DNA of 63,414 nucleotides, filler included, from Sphacelaria rigidula (Eukaryota): assembly GCA_964200075.2 (NCBI GenBank). It is 8 parts of 8 records of this genome, joined end to end, with 100 filler letters (N's around TTAATTAATTAA, not from the genome) between each part and the next. Parts side by side here need not be neighbours in the genome. Positions count along the whole stretch, not along the records: positions 1 to 7,840 come from CAXNAA020013287.1; positions 7,941 to 15,780 come from CAXNAA020013288.1; 6 more parts are not named here. One strand, given 5' to 3'. The translations under genes and the position numbers were made by a program. Under the pieces are notes generated by a model. It was not told the DNA's origin. It saw only the letters and a program-made list of their open reading frames with translations, and searched no databases. Position 1 is the first letter of the stretch; the number at the start of each line of letters is the position of its first letter. This document shows positions 1 through 12,611 of this stretch, in pieces.

Positions 1-1529
1 ATCAGCCTCGAAATATCAAGTATTTTCGAAAAAAAAAAAAGTGCATATGCTATCTTCGGCCATGATGCGTACCCGTGATCATGTCGAACAAGAAACATGG
101 GATGGGTGGTGGTTTTTGGTCTGAGTGGATAAGCTGGAATTGGTATTTGGTTGTATTGGTGTTTTTTGGTCACGGCCAGACTACAGTTCAATCACGTACA
201 AAATGTGTCTTTTTTCTGTCAAAATCCCCTGTTGAACGCAAGATTTCACAAATTGCGGGGGGGGGGTTATAGAATAAACAAGACCACGAATCACGGCTGA
301 AGAATGCATTTTCATTTTTTCCGGGTTTGGATGGTTGTGAAGGTCCCAAATGCTCATGCTCAAAAATAATCCTTCCACAATTCTGAACATCCAGTGTTTT
401 TAGAACTAGCTGTGCGTAGACATACTTTCTGGTGATCACCGTGCATGTGATCGACAGATCATGAAGAGTCCACCCCAAAACGTTTGACCGTAGTAAGTTC
501 CTGCCGCGAATGAACGGTGCGGCGGAAGGTAGACGATCATACGTGAACCGGGACATGACAGTATGCTTTATGTAGCTGTAGTATACAGCCCGTATCCAAC
601 ACTAGTGGTGGAGCTTCGTGCTGTTATTCAAACACAAGGGGCAAAGCTGATCAGCAGTTTGTGCACCGTGAGGGCAGTACGAGCCACAAAGGGCTTGGGT
701 TCGCCAGCAACACCCATGTGCGACGAGACCGCTGTTCTCGCTTTATCGCTTTCATGAGCGTTTTGCCCGCAGTTTTTACCATCCAACACCTGACGCTGAG
801 TTCATGATACCTCTCATCTACCTAGTAGTAACAGAAACAATTCCACTTGTCATCGATCACTAAATCGTATACCGACCGCCAACACGATGTCCACCGATGT
901 TGGACAGTACTCCCGGTAAGGCAACTGCCACGCTGTTTCATTAGACACTCCAGTGCCAGCCGGTTAGTCGCACTCTCTCTCTTCCAACCCAGCACGTCAA
1001 CTTTTGATATCCATGTCACGTCTTCCGGGAAGTCAGATCACCCAGCGAAGTTGTCGGGCCAAAGTAATGACTAACTCAACAGTGCCCTTTGACTTATTGT
1101 ACAAGATCGTGTAAAACAAGAATGGATTATGCGGCCTCTACGCTCGGTCTGTTGCATCTGTGTTTGTACGCTGACCTCGGGCTCAAGCAGTGCTCAACAT
1201 TTGAGTCGTCATGGCGTATTCACTGTAAGGACAACACGCTTTGAGCTGTTTGATAAAGAAAAACTCCCTCGGTTTTGTCCACAGACGAATTACCTCGCGG
1301 TGTTGCATACGGGATGAATTATGATAGTGCCTTGTTTTGCCTTGGTCGTAGATCCAACGGTAAGTGCATCTTGCCTAGGCAGTACGGTACGTAAACATGA
1401 TCCCATCCGAGTTCGGAGAGCTGATGCTCGTTCCAACATATAGCTTCCAGCTAATGTACACGTTGTCAAGTGTTTCCTCCCCGTGCATTTGCTTGAATGT
1501 GCGTGTGTTTGTGGTGCTTCCTCGTGCAG

Positions 1530-2146
1530 GTGGTGGCGGTGTGGTTCCAGGCCTCATGGTGCCGCAAGTGCAAGTACATCGGCTCCAGGTTGCGACACCT
1601 GGATGAACACCTTCCGTCACACTTGACCGAACAAGTCTCGGTGAGTCAGTCATCACTGTCGGCATCTTGACAGTAGTGTTGTAGAGTCATCGATCACTCA
1701 ACCTGTTGCCATACCGCATCATTGTGTGGTAGCCGGCTGCGGAGTGGTAAACAGTGCAGTGTCCCGTTTTGTTTTTGACTCGACTACGCCTGTCTCGGTC
1801 GAGCTAGACGACACACTTTCGATGCCGTCGGTCTACTTACTGTTGTCGCGGTTGATTCCGGTTCTACATCTTGAGGCCTGCTCACTCCCACCTTCAACAT
1901 ACCCTTTCGCAATGCTCACGTACTCTTCGCCCCACCCTACCCTTTTCCCGATCGCCTCGGTAGCTGGTCAGCCTAGATGTAAACAAGGTGGCGAAGGTAC
2001 CCCAGCGGGAGAATATCAAGGACTTGCCTACCATCAAGTTTTACACGCAGGGGCAGGAAGTTGGGTCGTACGTGGCTTATGACCGCGGAGAGGTGTTTTA
2101 CAGCAACATGGAACGGCATCTACGGGCGGCAATAGAAAAACTCTGA
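1530..2146 (+). CDS. Atypical thioredoxin-like protein with WCRKC active site (last two coding exons, 1530-1640 and 1964-2146; 5' part not resolved)
   Basis: Manual splicing. Exon 1530-1640 (cag|...|gtgagt) gives VVAVWFQASWCRKCKYIGSRLRHLDEHLPSHLTEQVS. Exon 1964-2146 (polypyrimidine-tag|) gives LVSLDVNKVAKVPQRENIKDLPTIKFYTQGQEVGSYVAYDRGEVFYSNMERHLRAAIEKL-stop. Both junctions are phase 0. The CxxC motif and the cis-Pro loop (LPTIKFY) of the Trx fold are present. Confidence 0.88.
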
Positions 2147-5100
2147 ATCGAGGTTTGGAGGCAATCATGGATAGATGGCATATTGTGCCGTGGGACCGGT
2201 AGCGGAGGAGGGAACAAGGAAAGGGCAGTCCGGCATTCTAAAAATTTGTGAAATCTCGCTTGAGGGCACTGCTGTCTACTTGCGAGTGGGGTAGATGTTT
2301 ACAGCTTCCGGGGATGGCAGAGGTATTTGTGTTCGGTGGATATGTTCCATGTTGTGTTGGGCATCGGGTGTCTGCTCTGGCCGTGGTGTTGCTGGTATAA
2401 GTGAGCGTCTTCTTAAGCAAGTGCCTCGCGCACGGTACGTGTGGAATAGCGCAAAAGCTGAACGGTGGAGCACATGCATGCTGTAGTAGTTTCTGTTATT
2501 TCACAAAAAGGTGGCTGAGACGGAGGAGGGATGGGGCTACCGATCGGTGTGGTGACATCGAGGCGGCTAAACTTCGCCTCGTGGTTCTCATGGCCACGCC
2601 ACCGTGCTGAAGACGCGAAAATTAGTTGTATAGCTTTTTCTCGTGAGGCCTGCTGGCACCAGTTTTTGCTTGGATGCGCTTTTGTCATGGCTGGTTCGGC
2701 AGCGACGGTGCGAGCAATTTTTGCCGTTGACGGGTGTTTGACGGTTTGGGTTCTGGAGTGTTCATGTTGTTTTCGGTTTAGTACCCCTTACGTTGTACTC
2801 GTGTCTGTTATGATGAGGTTTCAGAGGTGTGGATGGCATGCCATTTGAAAAAAGAAAACCCGTGCCCGAACACACTCTCCGTGTACAGAAGGCACCGATT
2901 GGGCCCGTGCGTTTTCATGGGGATGGATTCCATACTTGAGCTACGATGGCAGAACGCTGACCTTACGCGCTCATTTCGTTGTTACAACTGTACAGTAATG
3001 TCATTTTGTCTCATTTTTTTCTGTCGCGCCCTACCGTACTTTCGGACGCAGTCGCTGAGTTATCTGCGCCTAGTCGTGCCCGAGTACGCGCGTCCACACC
3101 CACTCCCCAATGCTGTGTGGACCGCTATTTAGGATTTTGTTGCGCGACACGGTTTCGTCGAAACTGAGGGGAAATTTTGTTGGCTCTAGAAATAGTTGGG
3201 CGAGACAACATTTAGTTCCGGGGGGATAATATTTTGCGTGCGTGTCTTCGATCTTTTGTTTTTTTTTATTGGCGTTTGTTTTCTGTGCCATGCACAGACT
3301 TTGTCTAGCTTTTTCTGTAAAAAAATGCGCCGATCATGAACATGTTTTTCGCGGTTCACCAGATGATGAGGAAAGTTGCCAGGAAGTAAGGAATGAAGTA
3401 TATTGATTGCAAGGTCATGACGTGTTTCATGAAATACTGCTACTAGCAGTCGAGGATACGTGTATGTGCACGCGCGGCCATAGACTCCAGTAGTGAACAA
3501 GATATTTCTCGGGGAAACTGCCACCTACATGGCATCGATTGTTGGATGGGCGTGGGTTTTCCGTTTTGTCGAAAAAGTGTATGTAGTATGGAGAGGAAGC
3601 GCCACCTCCTGCGGTGCCGGTGCGTGTAGTGGAAATTTTGCTGCGATAGAATTTTGAGAAATTCCCGCAGAGTTCTAGACTGTGCTCACGTAGAGGAGTG
3701 AAGACGGGGCAAACGGATCAGAAATGAAGATATGTGTGCACGTGCCTTCCCGCCCACGTGGTCTCGGATGCAGATTTCTTGCCCAGGAGAGGACGACCTC
3801 CGTTGTATCACTCCAAGGGGGGGCTACGCTCATTTGGCTGCCGTTGGGGAAAGCCGAATGGATAGGAAAATGTCCTTCGTGTCCATCATATAGTAGTTCT
3901 TCGTCCGTTCGGTTTGTGTTGCTTGTCCGCGTTATGCGCCTGTCAAGCTTGCCAGCATTTCGAAAATAAGATACGTTCACTCAAGGACGGTGCACATGTG
4001 TGAGTCGCCCAGTTGTCCTCCCTAGTGATGATATTCCTGTTGAATCAAATAAATTTCTCTCGGCTCTTGGTACCTGACCGATGCGGCCGGCGGCGAAAAT
4101 CACGTCGTTTGATGGGTGAAAAATACCGCAAGAAGCTTTTCTGTTCCGAGTGTCATTCTTTTGGCCGCGCAACGTCTTCCTCAACCTTCGCCTGTGTAGT
4201 CCTTTCTACCAGCAGCTGTTGGTGAAGAGTTTTTGTGTGCAGTAGTATTCATCATGTGACTGTTGCTTTTTCCTGAGCTGAGGCAGGGCCAATGGTCAAT
4301 ATGAATGAAGGCGAGCTTACGTGAGTACCTCTTCACACCATCAAGGTTGACAGATTGTAGATCACTCTCTATGCCTGACCCGTACCCAAGGCGTACCGAC
4401 CAACAACCCTCGGGCAAGGGATATGCATGCACATGGGATCTTGGGGAAGCTGTGCCCTGGCAATGCTACTAAGCCTTCTTGTCTTACTATTGGCGCTCAC
4501 GACCTCGATTTGAGGGGGGTAACGCGTGTCGCACATGATGCTCGGAACGGTCAGCCCTCTAAATATCTGGAATCTAATGTGTGGTCGTAGAGAACGACAA
4601 AAAAATGTAGCACAGATTTGAGGACAAAGTCGCATGAACTCTACTGGCTAGTCAGCCGCGAGCATTCGACGTCATGCGCACCAAGAACCACCAGCAGCCC
4701 GCACATCTTGTGCCGGTGCCCACCGACATGAACACAAATGATTGTTGCCCGAGCAACATTGTACGCGATTGAGCAGCACCGATGCTATCGAACACTATCG
4801 CTGGGAGATACACGTATTCAAGCCGCGTGTGTTGTTTTGCATAGCCGGAGTCTCCACGCTTCTGGTTGGGGTTCGGACGAACTGGGGAAAACGCGCCATC
4901 AACGCTCTCCCCGTGATATGAAATCGTTTGCCTATTTGCCCCGGCTGATCATTTGCTCAAATTTCCCGGGCATACAAAAAGGTCGTCTCCACCGATGTCC
5001 TTGTACTTCACATGAGGTCTATGTTGCCCTGGCCCACGCAAAATCTTTGTCCCACCAAGCGACTTTCACTACAGCTGATGAAGTACGTATATCATATAAA

Positions 5101-5510
5101 TGAGCGTGCCGGCCTGAGCCCGCATTTCCCTCTCTTGATTTTCGGGCAGGATCGCAAGCTGTGCAGGGTATTGCGGCGGGACTACTCCATACGGCGGGGT
5201 AACCTCGCAAGCGGGATAATTCGAACGCTTGAGTCATCTCAGTCGTGGTTGAGTCGCTCGGGGCATGCTTCCAGCGACGGCAGGCAACGACAACAGTGAA
5301 ACAAAACTGCTCATGAACCTGACCCGGGACGGCAGGAAATGAGTGGAATTGACCGCTGTGTCAGGTTTCTCGAGCAGCCTGGTGGCACTCCACAGTACGT
5401 GTGGCTCTCACGGTTGCATCGCATCGCGTGGCCGCATTCATCGTCCCCATATTTAACTGCGGTTGAGGCCGTTAAGACATAAATTTGAATATTGAAATAT
5501 TGACGAGATA

Positions 5511-7506
5511 ATGGCAGAACCAACAAAGGTGCACCCGCACCAAGCTGCCGGCCAGGGAGATGCTGCCCAGGTGAAAAAATACCTGAAAGAAGGTGGGGCG
5601 GTCGACAAGCGAGACGGAGACGGATGGACACCGTGTATGATGGCTGTCAGGGAAGGGCACCTCGAAGTTGCGCGACTTCTTCTGAGGGCCGCAGCCAACG
5701 TGGGAGCGACAGAGTCGGATAAGTGGACTGCGCTACACGTGGCGGCTGCTAACGGGCATCCGCAATGTTGCCAGTTATTGCTTAGCCGAGGAGCGAACCC
5801 GAGGGCTTTTGATGAGAACAAGCGAACGCCGTTGCATTGGGCGTCGAGGTGCAGACAAACGTATATCACGGGAGAGTGCCTTCAACAGATGGTACCGACG
5901 TGCCCTTCCCTTCCCGCGATCATTCATGAGGGTTATGTAATGCCTACAAATACACGCTAAATCTCTCCGTTTCTTATTTTCTACGCTTCGCGTGCATCGG
6001 CAACCAGATACGGTTATGTGGAGGTGGTCGAAGTCCTGCTCAAACACGGTGGAGAGGTACACTTCAAAGACGCGGAAGGAAACACTGCCGGGGATGTGGT
6101 CGGGGAAGATATAGACGAAGACACCCGCCGAACCGTCCACGATCTGTTGAGAAAGCACGCAACAAAAAAGAGAGCTAGCACAGCAGAACGGGATCCACGC
6201 ACAAGTATCACTTCTCCCACCACAGCAGGAGAACCCCAGTCGTCCGATATAGAGGGGAGCACGACAATCGCCGCCGTCGGCGCTGAGTCTCGGAGCTCAG
6301 ACCAACTTTGTCGGTTACCGAACCTAGGTTCAACCCCACTCGGATGTCACGGGGAGTTAAGCCGAGAAGGTCTTGGGACAGAGACAGATGATCAGATCGC
6401 AGTCTTGAGTTCTACTCTGACGGTTGCCTCGCGATGTGCTGGTGGTGGTACCAGCGTGCGTTCTGGGAGATCTGGGCGCAGTAGTTTCAGTGCTGCCCCT
6501 CACATTCGGGTGAGCTCGCTTGTGAGATGGGTTTCGTTTTTTCATTTGGACTTCGCGTACACGCAATGCCCACCGCACAACGTCGCACCGTACAACGTCG
6601 GGTGGAAGGATGATCGCGACCGAGCCGAAAGATGCAGTTGAAAAATCCGGCGAATTGTCAGATTTGGACAGAATCACATCTTATTGGAATATATATACTG
6701 TACCCTTAACGCACGTTGTTGCAGTTTCAAGTTGTTTTTTTCCTTGGGGAACTGACATAGTCGCCAACAATGTAGTCATAGATATCGTACGAGTTGAGAA
6801 ATCAGGGAGCGAAAATGTGTCCGTACAAACGCCTTTATGAGCGACGAAGAACGCGTCCTCAAAGCGTTCCGTGGCGCTTGTGCAATATATATTTTTTCCG
6901 ATGTCAATATGGCGAGCTTTCATGTTTTTCCTTCGTCAGGGGTACACTCCCAATGCCCAAACTTTCGACGGATTTCTTACGCATTTTGCGCAGGATCACC
7001 TGCAGTCAAGGCTCGCCGCGTCGGCTGGTCTATCGACGTGTCCTATCCAAGGGCAAACTCCCAGGGAAGAGGCATCGATGCCTGCCCCAGACAGCACAGG
7101 AAAACACCTCCACGAAGGAGATGCTCAGGTACCAAGAACACAGGGATTGTCATCAGCATCAGACCCGGGGGCTACGATTGCGCCACCAACGGCAGATTCC
7201 AAGAGAGAGCGGACTATCGCGACAGTCGAGCCAAATGAGCAATGGAGCACGACCACAGAGAAGAGTAATAGCAGCGGCGGGCGTGATGGGATTGCTGGTG
7301 GCGGGGAAGGAAAAGTATATGATGATCTTGCTGCGTTACGGCATGCTTTGGTCCTTGCAGAAGCCCGCGCAAGCGCGGCCGAAGCATCTCGCCTAAGTGA
7401 AGAAATCGCGCGGTGTGACGCGGAGACTAGAGCAAGAGAACTAGAGTCACGGGTTGCGGAATTAGAAAAAAGGTTAGTCGGGAATGGTGCGACGCAGACG
7501 TTGTAG
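5511..7506 (+). CDS. Ankyrin-repeat protein with low-complexity middle and C-terminal coiled coil (exons approx. 5511-5848, 6008-6509, 6940-7506)
   Basis: Ankyrin consensus repeats GWTPCMMAVREGHLEVARLLL, KWTALHVAAANGHPQCCQLLL and KRTPLHWASR|YGYVEVVEVLLKHGG; the last is joined across GT-AG intron 5849-6007. Donor gtgag at 6510 and in-frame acceptor at 6939. The C-terminus LAEARASAAEASRLSEEIARCDAETRARELESRVAELEKRL is heptad-rich. Boundaries of the third exon are uncertain. Confidence 0.8.
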
Positions 7507-7840
7507 CAGGCACGTGCCACAAAGTGATATATACTCTCGCACCGTTGCATGCCCTCGCTTTGAAATTTTGGAGGCACTGTGGTGTTCCGAAGACGATGGA
7601 TTTCGGGTGCCTGGTAACGCCTTTGATACCAGCCGAAATACTAAACCGAGGATTGGCGTCTCAACTAATAAGTGAAAGTGCAAGGCCTTTTGGATCGTAA
7701 GAGCTGGCCCCATCAGACACAACCCTGACATTCTCAAGTGGTTTGGGCTTGGATACATGAAGATGTGCTACGAAGCATGGACAAACAACAAATTGTGCGA
7801 ATTGAGGTTTAACTCCGAGATGAGGTTCAAGCCTAAAACA

Positions 7841-7940
7841 NNNNNNNNNNNNNNNNNNNNNNNNNNNNNNNNNNNNNNNNNNNNTTAATTAATTAANNNN
7901 NNNNNNNNNNNNNNNNNNNNNNNNNNNNNNNNNNNNNNNN
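7841..7940. other. Artificial contig spacer
   Basis: N-run + TTAATTAATTAA (stop codons in all six frames) + N-run, 100 bp. Confidence 0.97.
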
Positions 7941-9540
7941 TCGCCAAAAACCGATGAAAGCCAAATTGAGTTTCCCAAAACAAGTATACCGTGTGTGTTT
8001 TCGCCAGAATGCGCACGCGGCGGGATGTGGCCGATCAGGCGGCTGCATTAGTAGCTTTTCTGAGGGGAGGTGTGAGCTATATCGAATGTTGGCGAAAACA
8101 CCGTCGGTATACCGGTTGTTGGCGATTGCCCCTGTTCATGCATTACTCCCAGTTGCAGCGTGTGTAGAGAGTACTGTCGGTATGATATGTGTCGGTTGGC
8201 ATGTAACGTATGCGGGGGAATAGGTGTTCGTATCTGTAGAACAGCTCTTGACGAGCTGCGCTCGAGCTCACTCCTTGTTTATTTTTCTGGGTCGTCTGGG
8301 GCCATTACGGCCTCTTGGATACAGGCACTTTCCTACCTTGACCATCAGCAGTACGTGTCTGTTTCATGTGTTTACATGTGTTTGTGTCGGCCACAAGTAC
8401 CGTGTTTACAACATCGAACCATCAAACCATTGTATTTTGCTCTGAAGTCCTGCTGTACTTCTGCTGCCCAAGCACTTCGAATTACAAAATCCGACTAAAA
8501 TCGGTAGGAGTCAGCCTCCGACCTTATGTGTGTGGATACACACTCCACCTCACTATCCTCAAGAGCAACCACCTGCTCGTGCGTCTGCCGAAAACTTCTT
8601 GAAAGTTATGTTCTGTCTGACTATAGGCGTCCGGAGTACACCCAAAATTTTCACGATAAGTTACACCTAGGCAACGTTTAGTGTCTCCAACCCTAGACTC
8701 TGTACATCCGTAGACCCACATGAATCCAACACAGGTTCTAGTCTCTTATCTGCAAGAGTGACCGCCTCCTGCGGAATAAGCAGCCGTAGCTGCTTGGCCA
8801 GCAAACGCCCATGGCATGGCTGCAGCTTGCGCTCAAGCTCCACTCGATAGCCGTGACTGTTCTGGAATTAGCACCTCGTTCAAGTGGCCATACGATCGGT
8901 GAAACAAATTAACGTTGACGGGACCTTAGAGGGGCATGAAGCTAAGGGCAAACACAGCATTTGCGAACTCGTTCTCGTATTGGTCAAAATCACCCATCAA
9001 TGAGCTGGGAGGTGACGAGAGGCGAGTACCTCGGATTACATTCACGATTCATCTTCCCTTCTGTGGGGAAAATTATTGTTTCGTATCGTCCATGAGTGCT
9101 CTCACTCCCGAGTTATGAAGCTGTGCTGGATAGGCGTTGTCTGGGAGAAAAAAAAGACTCAAGACTGAACTACTTTTCCGGAGTGAAGACTTGACTCACA
9201 TTCCTCGCTCTGAAAAAGCAAGGTTGAACTCCCGTACCCTTCGTACCCCCCATGACAGGGGTAGTCATACACGATGACACACTATCCGCTATCTATACCC
9301 CTCCGCCCTCCCCTCCTTGTACGGATGCGAAGTCGATGGTCATATGACTACGGCATGCAAGACCATGAGTACACCCCCGCCCCCCCCCCCCCATGCTCTG
9401 CTTGTGCTCACGCAGCCCTGTCTTTTATCCCGATCAACGACATTACCTTGCCTGTTGTCTCATGCGCCATGGAGGCGCCGTGGATGTGGTTGAATCGTAC
9501 GTCTTGCACCATCAGAGCTACTGTTGCTGATCTTGGGCAA

Positions 9541-10348
9541 TCAGCCGCAACATGCCCCAGCTGACCACATTCGTTTCATGTGTTCTCTGGACGAACTACA
9601 TCTGTTGATGTGCCCAATCTCTCCACAATTGAAACATTCTCGCTTCTCTGACGTTCCTTCAGCGGGTATGGGACCCCCTGGTGTCGGGACCGTCGTCGGA
9701 ACATGAGTAGAAATTGATGCGCTGTTGTTATTCTCGGTGGCCTGATCGAAGCGACTGCCTCGACCCCTGACGTTCTCTCCGCCGTACCCCCCACGCCCAA
9801 CCCGCGGCAAATCGCAGCAGACAGCGCACGAGTACCACCCTCCCTGCCGGGCTGGTCCCTTGACATGTACTTTCCCCTAACAGCAGCCCTCATTTACGCT
9901 CGCGAATTATCATCTGCAGCAAAGTAGGGCATGCAATTCAAAATGGTGTTACACTCGGGGGGTGAAATGGACCACCATTTTCACGGTAACCACAGTGTGT
10001 CAAACAGCGCACCCCTTTGCATGCGTCTCTGATCTACAATCTCGGCAGCAGTGAAGGTGACTTCAAAGTCGGTTCATGCCTTGTGTTTTATGGCGTTGAA
10101 CTGTTCAAGCAATGTCGCACCAGCCCCAACCGAAGTCTGGGAGTAATGATTATCTGGTTGTGACTTGGCAAGTGCGGTTCATATAAGAGAACGATCTGCA
10201 TGCGCACATCGTCTTCCACAGTCGCCAACAAAACCTGAGCTAACATCCTCGCGGCTACCACCTGTCTGTGTACGATGTCAAGCCCTACTAGCCTTGCAGA
10301 AGGCATCATAGGGCAGACTTGTACATGTGCATCTGGTGCTAACACCAC
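9541..10348 (-). mobile_element. Degenerate LTR-retrotransposon gag remnant with zinc knuckle
   Basis: The minus-strand peptide ...EKRECFNCGEIGHINRC resembles a CCHC knuckle and is preceded by a Gly/Arg-rich stretch. An upstream fragment LAQVLLATVEDDVRMQIV resembles copia gag. The reading frames are broken. Confidence 0.45.
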
Positions 10349-11529
10349 GTCAACACCATACGAAAAGAGGTGCGCTAGCGTGGTACTCCGCTACATAGCC
10401 CAGTCACTCAGCTTGCCCGAGAAACGTGTTTTTTTGACGTCAATATTGCCAAAAAAAAAAAAGCGTCGGATCAGATGAATCGTTCGTTTCAGCAACATCA
10501 GACTCATGTGAATGCGCATCCCTGTCAGCATCTAGCCCATCCGGGAGAGCTCCGCCGGCACCGGAAACAAACCCAGGATCAAAATCAGAATGAAAATCAA
10601 AAACGAATACCACCAACCTCAAACGTTCTCTGTCTTACACGACGGAAGCATTAACCTGTGCAACTTTTGTGCAAATCTCCCACCCCGCCTCCTGGTCGCA
10701 CGCTGCCAAGGCGCAGTCGGCCACCGGATCTAAACCCGACCCCTCTGTAACTCGAAAACGGTGCAGATCCTCGAACGGTGCTACATAACAGGGCCGCCGC
10801 TGGGTCGACGTAGGTCAGCCTACCAACCGCTCGCACCACATCTCCAGCAGTGCCTGCCCCCCCAAGCCGAGCTACTCCGGCCGTCTCATGACGCCGTTGC
10901 TCTTCTCGAGCTTCCACCATTTTTTCCCTCTTCCTTTTGTCGTCACGCCAGGATTTTGATTTGTCACCCTTTGAGCATCTGTCTCTTACTGTAACGCATA
11001 CGCTCTTCGCCTCGTTTTGAAAGTTGCTTTCGTATGCAATCAGCTCTTGCATTTCCGCAGCACTTGTCATGGTGTCGTTGTGGCAGATGAATGGATTGCA
11101 CGCTACGTGATTGATATCACCACTACAACAGTGCGCACGACTGCCGCGCAGCCGTGCACAGAATGATTCAATACAGGTTCCAGTACCAGTCGCGCAATCT
11201 TGAAGGACTTCGAACTCACAAACACCAAAAGGAAGGGAGAGGAGACGCCGGATTTTCTGTCACGCGTAGGCAGACTGAACACAAACAATAAATCGAGCCA
11301 CTTACCTGTGAGCAGGGTTTGATCGCACAGATGTAGAATTTCCCTCACTAAAATACCACGTCGGGTGGCCCGATATTTTTCGTTCAACACATGACCTCAT
11401 CACACAAGGTCAGCATCCTCGGGTCCTTTTGTGGCCAACCGTCGTAACATGATGTCTGATCCCTCCGGACAAAAGTGGGGGCGTCCCGGAGTCGACGTTT
11501 GCGTATGGCTGTCTCTAGTATACATAAAA

Positions 11530-11869
11530 CGTTGTCGTCCCATCTATTCTGGACGTCGGTCTACACGTTTTTCGGTATATGTGGGCGCACCAGCCGGGAT
11601 CATACACGCGGAAGGTCAACACAGGAGTGTTTTATCTTTTGTTTTTTCTTCTCGACTTTCCTTCTGCGATGTTTGCCTTCATTTTTCACCGCGAGGGGAG
11701 AACAGCAGTCATTTTCCCTCGTCGACCATGGAGTCGAATTTGTGTACCCACGATGTAGTCGCTCTCCACCGTCGGGCACTGTGTGAGAAAAAATCCCAGA
11801 TCGCTCCGAGATTCGAACCCACGACCCAGCTCTCATGAGGTTTCGAGGTTACGAACTGAGCCACCAGGG
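11530..11869 (-). mobile_element. tRNA-derived SINE, copy retaining the Pol III head
   Basis: Minus strand from 11869 reads CCCTGGTGGCTCAGTTCGT (A box) ... GGGTTCGAATCTC (B box). The body that follows recurs at 33808-34045 and, inverted, at 35685-35890. Confidence 0.7.
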
Positions 11870-12611
11870 AAATGTAGTGTACAAGCTTCAGATGTGTGTG
11901 CAAAATGATCTGGTCGCGTTTGAAATATGCCGATTACGATGGAAAAGCTCATGCTCGAAGGCAATCACGTTCGCCATCTACGCGCTTTGTGTGCGGACAT
12001 GCAGTACTGGTAGCACATACGCGGGTTTTGGACTTTTGAATATGTGTATCAAATTGGAAGACTATTCTATCGACTTTGAAAAGGCCAAGAGAAATAAATT
12101 ACTATTTGAGTTGTCTGTATCCACGACTATCCCATCCTAGCGGGGCACAAGTATTTTGAAAAGTTGACCCCCGTCACCAATTCAAGCCGTATGATGATCG
12201 CGGTCCACGGCATGGCGCAACATCTGCTGTGCTCGTCCAGTAGGTGTGTTGGTACGTTAGGTAAGATACTTGACTCGGATCGTCGCTATGTATCGGGAGC
12301 TGTGGGTTGTGAGAATGCGGGCTAGGGCTCAGCCAAATAAATACACAGAAAATTGCCACATCGACCAATGAACGTTTGACATGGGAAGAGATATGAGCCC
12401 TCAGGAAATGGCCCAATCTGCAACACAAACTCAATTTTTATTATTTGCGACTCATCTGAGCAGCGATGCGCCGATTTTTTTTTTTTGTTATTGCTTCACC
12501 ATACACAGAGCCAACACGTGGGGAAGCGGCAGCGCATGTCATTTATCATCCCTCTTTACCCCCATCGACTGCGATGATACTCGGAAGCTTGGAAACACAT
12601 CCACCACTGCT

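Noticed and set aside
2144..2270. TGA of the thioredoxin gene as possible selenocysteine readthrough
   Set aside because: The Trx fold is already complete at the TGA, the downstream peptide is not Trx-like, and I could not identify a SECIS.
3675..4432. Chain of minus-strand ORFs separated by one TGA and one frameshift
   Set aside because: No recognisable motif or convincing splice pattern; compatible with chance.
7885..7896. TTAATTAATTAA motif recurring with ~7.94-kb period
   Set aside because: It is a synthetic six-frame stop linker embedded in Ns, not biological.
10651..11070. 139-aa minus-strand ORF with a charged segment
   Set aside because: No family motif recognised. It may belong to the adjacent decayed retroelement or be a first exon, but I cannot support either.
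11795..11869. Possible tRNA-Met gene
   Set aside because: There is no pairing acceptor stem, and it is fused to a dispersed repeat body. Treated as a SINE head.
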